A stretch of DNA of 64,000 nt from Candidatus Omnitrophota bacterium (GTDB lineage Bacteria > Omnitrophota > Gorgyraeia > 2-01-FULL-45-10): contig PLNN01000019.1 in assembly GCA_003142795.1 (NCBI GenBank), positions 51,991 through 115,990 on the forward strand, written 5' to 3'. Numbering within the stretch: the stretch's first letter is position 1; each line of letters opens with the position of its first letter. The notes beneath the pieces were generated by a model, which had not been told where the DNA came from, did not search any database, and saw only the letters and a program-made list of their open reading frames with translations. Positions 38,001-50,000 of the stretch are shown one piece after another. The position numbers and the translations under genes are program-made.

Positions 38001-41000
38001 ATGGTCAAACCATTATCCGGTTTCAGGAACACAATAGTCTGTAAAACCATCTCACTTTTTCTATTACAAGCTTTTCTCTTCTATAACACCTCCTTTGCAT
38101 CCATCGACAAGGCAGCCTCGCAGCCACTTACTAAAGATGTTAAATTTAAACAGGCATCCATTGATGATATAGGCATATCCAAAGACATAGGCACTATAAA
38201 GACGAAATTCAAAGGCAGCGGCGAAAAACTTCTTATCCACATCCAGGACGCCCATTGTAATTACGAAGCCCAGACGAATATCGCGAAGATCCTCGAAACT
38301 CTATCTAAAGATTACAATATTAACACAATATCGGTAGAAGGCGCTGACGGTTTTGTCGATACCGCGTGGTTCAAATCATTTCCGGACGCCGATATCCGCA
38401 AAGAGGTTGCCGACTACTTCATGAAGAAGGGCGAGATAACCGGCGCCGAATTCCTCTCTATTACAAAAGATTATCCGATCAAGCTGTACGGCGCAGAAGA
38501 CCGCGACCTATATATAAAGAACCTCAATGCCTTCACCCAGATCTACCCCCACAAGCAGGAGATAGAAAAATACCTCTTAGGCGTAAAGACCATCCTCGGT
38601 AAGCTTAAATCATACATCTACTCCAAAGACCTGATGAGTTTCGACGCTGTGACCGAAGACTATAAAGATAAGAAGAAGACGCTGTCTGATTACGCTAAGG
38701 TGTTGAGCATCCAGCTGAAACGCCATAATCTGGACCTTAAAGCCTATCCCGATTTCTCAAAGTTAGTCTATACGCTAATCTACGAAGATAAGATCGATTT
38801 CAAGGTCGTCGACCAGGAAAGGGCGAACCTTATAGATGCGATCTCTAAAGCCATTCCGAAAGACAAGCTCCAGGATATGGTGGTAAAAAGCTTCTCTTTC
38901 AAGACGGGCAAGATCACCGCGTCCGAATATTATGAATATTTAAAAACAATCGCCATAGATAACAATATCGATTTTATGAAATTGTATCCGAACCTTTCGA
39001 ACTATGTTATCTATACGAAACTTTACGACAAGATAAACACTGAACATCTCTTTGACGAAATAGACAGGATAAAGATCGCCGTAAAGGATAAGCTTTTCGA
39101 GAACGACGACCAGCGCATTTTAAGTGATGCATGGGATAACGTAAACATCCTCGTGGGATTTATCAACATCAAGTTATCGAATAAGGAATACGATTATTAC
39201 AAGGCCCACAGGGACAGGTTCAAGGTAGAATTTTTCAGTGATTTTATTAAATCCAAAGTCGGCCAATATAATCTCGCCTATAATATAGACGAGCCGACCG
39301 AGAACGTAAAGACGAACATTCCGCAGCTGGAGACATTTTACGAGACGGCTTCCAAGAGGGACAAGGTGCTTGTCGATAATACAGTCGGTTCTATGAAGAA
39401 AGAGAAGGCAAACGTCGCAGTCCTGATAACAGGCGGTTTTCACACTACAGGCATATCGAAGATCCTTGAGGGAATGAACATATCATATATAGTAGTATGC
39501 CCGACCATCACCAAAGACGTCGAATCTCCGTATATCCAGGTCCTCACAAACCAGAAGACACCGTTCGAGGAGATACTGACAGAGAGCGCAACGCCCACGA
39601 AGAAGGATTCACTGCTGGGACCGTATCTACTCGCACGTAAGATCATGATGCGTTTGAACGGTGAGAAGGGTGCAATCAAGGCGCTTCAGGGCGCCGTAAA
39701 CCAGGCCGGCGGAGAAGCCGATCCTGTCGGGGCGATACAGTCGTGGGTGGCGTTCTATGTCGATCGTTATGTAGCCGCGATCAGAAGTGATGAACGGGCA
39801 AATAATAGCACGCCGCAGTCACTCGAAACATTGCGCAATGCCTTCGTTTTAGCGTTTTACAACTCTTTAGACACGCCTCGTATTTCACCGGAAGAGAAGA
39901 AGCAATTCGAACGGGAAACGCCTCCGCTCATAGAAGTGGAATTCAATAAGCTTATCAATACACAGACCGCGTCCGAATCTGCGCCGACGCAGCAGAATAT
40001 TCCCACGATAGTCAGAAAATCGCCTACGGATAATTCTGACGAATTGGATAAAAACGGCTTAAGGAAGCCGGGCGATTCTAGGCGGGACTACCAGAAACCG
40101 GACTCGCTGATACGCAACATCGGTGAAGGACGCGCGGCGGCTGAAAAAGCCATAAAGAATTTTGATATCCAAAGCGATGCCCGTAAGGCTTTGATCAAAA
40201 TTTTTGTTGATAGTTGGACGGCGAGAGGCCCTGAAGCTTTCTCAAAAGATCTGGAACGTTTTCAAGCAGATCCTCTTGGATTTGCACAGGAACAGTTGCA
40301 AAACACGGAAAAGAGACTCACGGCCATCAGACAAAATCTGGATAGAGTAGCATATTCACCAAGTTCTAAAAAAAGGCCTGTTGCGCAAGATTTGAAAAAA
40401 GACTTAGAAAGTGCAATTTGGCTTAAAAACGCTTTAACAAACTTCATTTCGGAACTCGAAAACAAGAACACGGCAGGGGCGGACCATAAAAATACGGTGC
40501 AATCCGTGTCCGAAGCGCGCGCGGCGGCAGAAGCTGCTGTTGCCAAGGCAGGCCATGGCAATATTAAGTATTATTTAGAACCAGTGGACAGAAATCCTGC
40601 ATACAAATTTTTTATCGACTATTTAGTGGGGAAATGGAATAAAAACTCGTCTGTCGAGTTTACGCAAGCATTGGAAAGACTCAACGCATATCCTCTCGAT
40701 ATTTTTGATGAGGTTCAGGCTGCGGCGAAAAAAAATAGCGCAGATGCTATCATTAAATGGACCGGTGTTCATAAATCTACCGAACCTGGAAAACTACCAG
40801 CTCCCATAAGTCCTGAAGAGAAAAACCTGCATGATGCATGGGAGAGGGCAAGCGCTATAGAGGGCCAGTTTAATGGCTACATTCACCATCTCGAACAGGC
40901 AAGCTGGAAGCGCGCCCCGCAATCCATGCCGGTGAGGAAGGGTGCTGGCGATAAGGCGACTGACAGCGGCATATACGGTATGATGGAACTTAACGATGCC

Positions 41001-44000
41001 GAAGTCGCGGCGATGCGCGAAATACAACGCCAAAGTTTCGTGGAAGGAACTTATAGAATAGCCACGGCCAAGGAGCTTGGGTTTACGGAATTGGGCGATT
41101 TCCGGTTTGTCGTGCATTACGGCCTCGAAGCCAGGATAGAGAAATATAATAAAGAGCACGGAACGAACCTTAAGACCGACAGGATCGACGCAGGCACAGG
41201 CGGCGAGGAATACGGTTATGGGCTCAGGCAGGCGCATATAAGCGCATATCGCTTTAATTCTCTGATCAGAACGAAATCCGGCAAAAGAGTGCTGGAAGTA
41301 ATAGCCACTCACGAATCTTTGGGCCACATCGCGATCGCGAATAAAGAAGGCGGCTCAGCTGCCTATAAAATGAAGCTTGCCGACCCGGCCATGAACGAAG
41401 AGGATGTCGTGGACTTTCATGTCCCCGGAGCTAATACAAGATGTGCATACGACTGGCTTCCAGGCAACATTACCATACGGCAGTTATTAGCGCAGATAGA
41501 TGAAAGCCGCAAAAACGATGAATTATACCAGATGGAAGAAGGGCTTCTCACCGATACCGCTTATGGTACAGCCGCTCGTGACGAGATAGTAAGACTGAGA
41601 AAAGAAGGCAAGGATTATGAGGCAGGCGAATTTGCAAAGTTAGTTTACGCAAGAAGAGCCAATATCGACAGGATGAAGAAAGTGCTTACAGAGCCTTATA
41701 AAGATTATGACGTCATCATCATAAGCTCTACAACCGAAGCTGAAGCAAAAGACCAGGAAGCTAATCTCAGGAAAATTTTCGGCGGCATCAAGACATCGAA
41801 CAATGCGATGGGTAACAAGGTGTGCGTCCTCTCTATGCTTGACACTTCGGAAGGTAACAACCTGATAGGGCAAAATGTTACAGAGGCCGAGGCAATAGAG
41901 GCGTTTAAGAAATGGGCAACCGAGAACGGCTTACCGGAAACGGACCTTACTAAGCTCCAGGCCGAAAAAAAGGTAAAAGTGGCAACATATCATAACGGCG
42001 GCAAGGCCGAGAGATTTTCTCCGGCCGGCCAGGCATTGAACCTGTCAAGGGCAGACCAGCTGCTTGTTGGAAGCGTCTTTGACATGAATGGCAAACCTAT
42101 AGAATTAAATCTTCTTTTGACCGTCATTCTATCCACTGCATTTAACGCTGAAACGAACGATGGATCGATGCACGATGTGTATTGGGCGAACCAGGCAGAA
42201 GTTGGCGCAGTGTTGAGTGTGATCAGGCATGGATACGTCTTTAACAAATTTGCAGTTGCGGTGCCGGCAAATCCCAGCATGAAAGACCTGTATGATTACG
42301 GGACGTTGATCGCGACAAAAGATGGCCGTATACTGAAGTTCCTCGGCAATAAGAAACTTACCGAGAAAAATAGTGCCGGCAGGTATATCCCAACCTCAGA
42401 TCCATACTGGCGTGCTAAATATGACGAGCTGATGGAGGCCGCCAAAGAGGGCAGGGCATATTTTGATTACGGTTCATTCAGCATGAGCTTAGATATGCAG
42501 AATGCTCTTCTCGAATATTGGCGCGACGTTAAAAAAATATTTACTGTTATGCAGAATGATGTAAATGGCAGAGCAGGTATATCGCGCGAGATCGATCCTC
42601 AGATGACCCAGAATATTGTTCCGATAGTAAATGGTGTAATGGGCCATGAGGCTGAGCTAAGTCAGCTTCCGACTATCACAGAATTGGATTCAGCTGCTGA
42701 TAAGAACGCGATTTTGCACAAAGCCTATCTTGCATTATTAAATATAATGGCTCCCGAATACAAAACCATATTAGAAGGTCTATATACGAAAGCAAAAGAG
42801 GATTTAGTAAAAAAGGAAAAAAAGGAGCCCGGGAAGAAAGATAACGATCAGAATCTCCAGGCTATATACGAAACGATCGAATTTTTCATCAGATACAAAG
42901 ATACTGTTAATTTAATGAAAGGATTTGGTATAATAGATTTCGGGCCCGGCAGCCATTGGTTCGCATATAAGAGGCTGCTCGATATGGGTAACGAGAAATT
43001 CTTTATGTTGGCCGATATGACCGGGCAGAGCATGGAACTCGAGCCCAATGGTAATGATCTACGTGCGACCGCGACTGTCCAGGATAAGGTAAAGGCTGAA
43101 GATGCCCGCAGGCTAAGGAGTATACCAAACAGCGCTGTCTGCGTATTTGAGGTGAACGGGCAAAAGGTAACGCTTAGCGCCGGGCAGGCGGCTAAAGGGT
43201 GGGAAGGCCATGGCGTTAAAGTAAAGGGCTCTATTATACAAGGGAATACCGTTCTTCTGCCCGGCTCAGAGATCGTAAATAGCGGCGTCAATAATTCCCA
43301 GGGCCGGATAGCGGCTGCAAATTCATATATAGATTCATCGACCGCCCCGAAAATAGAGGCTAAGAATAGCATTGTAGTAAACGGCGTTGATGGAAAACTT
43401 ATTATCGCGAATAGCGAAATTGTAACCGACGCGTTCAGGCCGGTTATACATGACGACAGGTTCGCGGACGGGCATACGAGGATGCGAGCGCCCGTAGGAT
43501 ACGATCCTAAGCCGGGCGATGAAGCCCTGGCGGCCAAAATGTCGGATGCCGTCAGGTTCGGCGATAACAAATATTCATTTGAGGAGATCAGGAATATGTC
43601 GTGCGACAAGGACGCGAACAAGGCGATCGAGAAGACGGCAAGAGATAGTGTACATGCGAGGCTCCAAATGATATCCGAACGCTGCAAATATTGTATAGAT
43701 CATTTCAAGCTGTTGAAATTCGGAACAAGCGGATTGAGAGACAATGACTCCGCTCTTACCGATATGGAGGTATATATAAACGTCCGCGGCCTTGTGAGAT
43801 ATCTTACCGGCATCAACTCGAGGATGGACGTGCCGGACCATATTAAGAAACTGGTATATGAAGGAGCTATTCAAAAATTGTCCGACATAGTGCTTGCAGG
43901 AGATCTCAGGCCGTCCACCCCCCGGATTTTAAAAGCAGTCGCAGTTGGTATAGTAGCGGAAGGCGGCGCGCCTGTATATATAGGAAAACAGCCAACGCCC

Positions 44001-47000
44001 CTGCAAGTTCTCTACTCATTGAAGAAATCAATGGCAGGATTCATGACTACAGGCAGTCATATCCCGCTCGGTATGAACGGCCTTAAAGGTAACAGGCCAA
44101 ACGGTGAGTTGTTAAAACAAGAAGAGAAACTCATCCTGACGGAAGTCGCCAAAGTGAGAAACGGGGAATATCTTCAAACCGATGCCGAAAGCATGTTCGA
44201 TAGGAACGGATTTTTCAGGACGGACGGCAAGATTTCCGGAAACCAGCGCAATATCATTTCGAAAGCCGAAGAAGCCCTTGATCCGGAGAATCCGAATAGA
44301 CGCGAAGCGGAGAAACTATACGAAGACCGTTATTTAGGCGGTCTGGGAAGGTGCCTCGAGGGCGTCGACGTTCTCTTCTGGCAGCATTCTGCGGTTGGCC
44401 GCGATATCATTCCCGATATTATGAGAAAGATGGGAGCCAACATTACGACCGTTGCGCCTCTCGATGTGAGTAAAGGCGAATTCTGCTCACTAGATACGGA
44501 AGATGTTAAGCCGCAATTCAAGCAGCTGGTAAAGAAATTGATGCAAGATAATAATAAGAAGGTCCTTATCACAACCGATGGCGATTCCGATAGGCCCGCC
44601 GTATTTATACTGGCGAAGAATCCTTTTAAGAATGGCGAGGAAGACGTTTATTATTTAACCGGAGATAAGCTCGCTATAATTACGGCGTTGTTATTGAAGC
44701 CCAAGTTCTTTGCGATACCGGTTACGTCAAACCATATAGCTCTGCAGAAATTACGTGATGCGGTCCCCGGCATTAAAATAGAGCTTACAGATGTAGGCTC
44801 TCCTTATATTGCCGAGGCTATGTATGCGAATAACGAAGGCGATCAGGCCAATGGCTGCGAGGTCAATGGAGGATATTTCATAGGGTCTCAGGTATTCAGG
44901 ATGCCCGAAGAAACAATAGCGAAAATAAGGGCATTGAACAGGAGCTCCTCTTCTCCGCTCGCTGAGCCCACCGGCGAATTTTCATATCTTCCTTCGCGGG
45001 ACGCGTCAATCGCGTTAATAAGCATACTGCTTTCGGCGAAACTGAAGAATATGACGGTCGAGGAGTTGATAAGGGACACGTTCAGCGGAAAATACGCGGC
45101 TGAGACATCGGCCGGGCTCGTTGAGAACGTATCCGATAAGCAGCGCACGCCCGGATGCGAAGATTACCAGAAAGAGATGGGACCTGCAATAGCGAAGAAC
45201 CTTTCTCCGAAAAACGCAAATATACTCGAGGTGATATTTGAGGGAGATGAAGTAAGGTATGTGCTTAAAGACGATGCCTCAGGAAAAAAACGCGATGCCG
45301 ACAAGCCGTTGAAGGCAGAGGCATTGGCTATAAAGTCACGGCTTGAGGCGAGATTGAAAACTATAGCCGGCTTGCAGGGCCAAAATATCGTACAGATCAA
45401 TTTTAAAAACGGCGTTCGTGTATTCTGGTCGAACAGGGAAACTATACATTTACGAGCGTCCAGCAACGCGGCGCAGTTCAGGGGATATACCCTGGCACCC
45501 GGCGAGATGTTCGATCCCCGGCCGGAGCAGATGGTTGAAGAGATGACCGCGCCAAGCACCGGGCCGCTCGTTAAAATAATTCAAGATTATATAAATGAAA
45601 CTACCGGCAAAGCTGTCTCTACTGCCGCGGCATCGGCCTCGTCTTCCAGGAAATCGCCCGGCAGGTTCGCGACATCGGCAGACGCGCCGCAGGGCGGACA
45701 CTTGCGCGAGCTAGTTGCTATCGGTACAAAATACTCGCTTGATTCGGTCGATCCCGACCTGATAGATAGAGAGATCGCCAACGGAGCCACCAGTGCTACG
45801 TCTAATCCTATTATAATATCGAACCTTGTCAAAAAAGTGCTTGCGAATATCGAGAAGAACGGCGGTCCGCAGACTGAATTCGAGAAAGGAATTTATTCGA
45901 TCCTCGCAAAATCTCCCAATGAGGAAGTCGCGACCAGAGAAGCGACCAAATTTATCATAGGTTTCGTCGCGGCAAAATTCAGGCCCGTTTATGACAGAAC
46001 AAGCAAGAATGACGGATATGTAAGCATTGAAGTCGATCCTCGGCTAGAGGACACGAAAGAAGGCCCGTATGCAACATGGACGCATGAAGAGCGGGTGGCC
46101 GAAGTTAAGCGTCAAGCCGTCGAATTCAGCAAGATCGCGCCTAATATCCTGATAAAGATACCTGCTACTAAAGCCGGACTTGACGCCCTGGAAGATCTCG
46201 CCTATCAAGGCATAAACCTTAACGTTACTCTTATATTTACGCCTGAACAGGCTTATGCGGCAAGAGAGAATGTATGGAAAGGCCTCCAAAGAAGAAAAGC
46301 TGAAGGGAAGTCCTTAGACATAAAGAGTGTTTATAGCATCTTTGTCAGCCGGACCGATGATTATACGGCTAAGAAAGCCCCGGATCTGCCTTCAAATGTT
46401 CAGGGAGAGATTGGAATATACATCGCGAAGCTCATATATCTTCAGAATAAAGAATTCTGGCAGGATAAAGGACTTTCCTTGAGCCAGGAAATGATATTTG
46501 CTTCTACCGGCAGTAAATCAAAATTGGTAGCCGGGATCAAGACCGAAGCGGATGTTTTAAAACTAGTCGAATTAGCGACATCCGGATCCAAGGAAGCAGA
46601 AGATGCGATGAATGCATTAAAAGAAATGTGTAGATATGTCTATGAACTTGCAGGAGACGATATTCAGACCAATCCGCCCCTGACAGCATTTGCCGTGAAT
46701 GTCGCACCATTTGCGATAACCGAAAAAAGAGTAGGTGCATTACCTGCTTCCGAAGTTCGGAAGATAATGATACAATATTTAGATTCTCACATGCAGGAAC
46801 TTTATGAGGCACTAATGACTGATGGCATTGCGAAATTCGTGAATCCGCAAGTTGAGTTGGTAAAGAACGTTGCAGCGGCTATGGCAAAAATTCCGAGATC
46901 GCCTGCCGCAACTCCGGAGAATATCGTGAAAACGCTCGTAGATAATCGTAATCCTCAGGCTGCTGTGGCCGGCATATTCGATAATCGCCAGGAGAGTGAA

Positions 47001-50000
47001 TATCTGCCTGCCCTGAGTGCAGTCGCTAATGAATTGAATAAGCGCTACGCAACTCTTACGTCCGATCAGAGGGATGAGCTTTGGCCGGTATTAGAAGAGT
47101 TTTATTCTACCCTGACCAGACGAGCGTGGAGCACCGTAAATGACGTAAATATAGCACGCGGCCTTCAGATAATGACCGGCAATACCATTGCCATTCAGAA
47201 TCTGATCGAGATAGGCCTGAGCGGAGCAAAGAGTATACAACTTACCGATAAGGCCGACGAGATGTTGAAAGCCGAAGATAAAGATAGAGGGCCAAGCTAC
47301 ATTAAAGCTTTTTCTATTCCTAAATCAATAGGCATTGCCGAAAGCGAAGGCCGCCCGGGTGTTTATTGGAGAGGCGCCGAAGGCATTACAAAACTGGGAC
47401 CCAATGGCGAAAATATATTGCCGTGGGCCGCATACGCAGCGAATCAGCATGATGAATATAAGAAATTCATAGGTTATACTATGCTTCATGTGAGCGATTT
47501 TCACGTTACTGTGTTTGTAAATCAATTTCTTCCAAATTCGATCCAATATACGAGCACGGGCGCAGGCCACTATCAGGGAGATAAACTTGATGTAAAAGTT
47601 GTTACAAGAGGTGCCCTTCGCCAGATGCAGGACGTATATAATGCAACCGGCAATCGGACAACAACGACAGCGCAGGATGCAGGAAAAGGTAGATGGGTAT
47701 TTGCATCTCCGCGCACAGTCGACTATACCGTTCCGCTTAGGCCAATAACGGTATTCAATGATGAAAGCATATTACCGCTGGGTACAAATATGCGCGCAAT
47801 CGGACCTGAAACAGTGCAGGTTGCTCCTTACGCGACTATTGATTTCAATGGTAAGCCTGTATTGGTCAAAGCTGTCAGCGACGCTCCCGTGTTAACGCAA
47901 CTGGAATCATATCCCGACCGTAGCGCCGTCCTGACTAGAGCGCCGGTACAAATAGCAGAATCGGAAAGGGTAACTGTTTTGGATGCGAACACAGTAACAG
48001 CTATAGGAAGGTTGAATGATCTTATCGAATCCGGACACCCGCTTAATATCACATCAACATATAATTTAGGAAAGAACGGTTACAAGTGGGGCGAGCCAGC
48101 CGGAGTGAGTTTCATAATCGGGCTTGAAAGTAATACTCTGCCAGCCGTCCTGCAGGAAGCCATCAGCACCAAAGACCGCGTTGCCGAAAGATTGATAGCC
48201 GCAGGCGTGATAGACTTGGGTGAAGGCTATAGCCTTCCGACGAGCGTATTGTCATCGTATTTTGGCCAGGAGCCTGAAATTACAACTAAGGTGCTTGCTT
48301 CAGCGATGCCTCTGTCTGTGCAACTGCATACTTTTGCCGAGATGATAATCCCTCTCGAAAAAGGGACTGCATGGATAGGGGTCAAAGAGAATGTCACAGC
48401 CGAACAATTAATAGAAGCGGCTAAAGAAGGCAGGATCCAGGATGTTCTGCAGGAAGTTGAGCTTGAGACGGGAGTGCCGATGATCGTTCCTGCTTATCTG
48501 CCGCATGCTTACGGAAAAGTGAGGGTCTATGAGGTTAAGGCAGTTACGCCTCAAGAAGACGCTACCGGCACAACCTCATTCTTTGACAGGCTGAAATATT
48601 TAAGCCCTGAATTTGAAGCTCAATTGAAGGCTTTGAACATTACATCGTTACAGATGACTCCGGAGCAGTTAAGACAGCTCAATCCCGGAAGAGAGAAGAA
48701 AGACGTTCTTACGATGCCTGAAGCAACTTTGGCCGAGACGAAGAAACGATTGGCTGAGGCCGAAAGCTCAGGCGCTTTGAATAAAACGAATATCGAGAAT
48801 TTGAAGTTTACACCGGTCATTGTGAGCGCGCCATCCATGAAGAATACCGAAGAGGCGAGGCTTGAGGTAATGGGCGTGGCAGAAGGACGTTTTATAACGG
48901 TCCGTTATACGGTTGCGGAGAATCAGTCGATCCAGTCGGGCCCGATTCTATCCGGCAGAAAGCACACGCTTTTTGTATCAGAAGGCGAGATCGAATTAAA
49001 TACCGATCAGGGCGTTACTACAACATTGAAAAGAGGCCAGGATATAACTGTGACGCCTAATATGCAGTATTACACCATCAGGTCACTGAAAGGCACGGCC
49101 GTTATTTATACACAGGTTCCGCCGAAGAAAGAATTGCCCGCAACTGAAACCGCGAGGCTTGCAGCGCAGATCAATAATAATCAGAAAAGCCTGAAGGCTG
49201 CCGTATCGAAAGGAAGAGAGGTCATTCTCGCCCCGAACGACAGGACCTCCGAAAGATTATCTGTTACAAGCAGCGCGAAACAGGATATCCCGCAGGCGAA
49301 AGAGAAAGAGGTGGCCTTATCGCTCGAAGACGGCAAAGCGGCTATCGTTAAAGAGAATGGCGATACGGTAGAATTAAAGCCTGGTAATCCCATAATCGTT
49401 CCGGCAGGCATGCCGTTATCGATACAGTCACCGGTTGTGGCGATAGTGAAAATTGCTTATACGGAATCTCGTGAAGAGAGCGCTTCATTTACGTCCATTA
49501 ATGTCACAAAGCGTAATCTCGCGGCGATCACAGCCACAGGTAAGATAGACCTGCTGGTTAACGACAGCCTTTACCAGAAGGACGGCGACTATGCCAATTC
49601 TGTCGCAAAAGAGCAGGAATTCTGGAAGGGGTTGAACGTCGACGTCGTATTGGTAAAATATAGCGATGAGCTTGGATTGAGCGACGCGGCCGATAAGTCG
49701 ATCAGGAACGGCGCTATTCCCATTTTGGTCGGAACGGCAGAAAATTTCCAGAAGGCGGATGTTTCTGATCCAAAGATAGCGAAATTGTTGTTGAAGGCAA
49801 AGATATTGCCTCCAATCGATCTGGCGAAGATAGAAGGTCGCCGCGGCTGGTTCTTTACAAGAGAAATAGAAGCCAGCGCGATCCTTTTGGCTGCTACAAC
49901 CGTCCAGAATATACGAGATCATGATCCGATAGCGGAAGACCTGCAGAAATTGATGCAGAAATTCGGTTTGCCGATAGACGACATCAACCAGCTCTTATGC

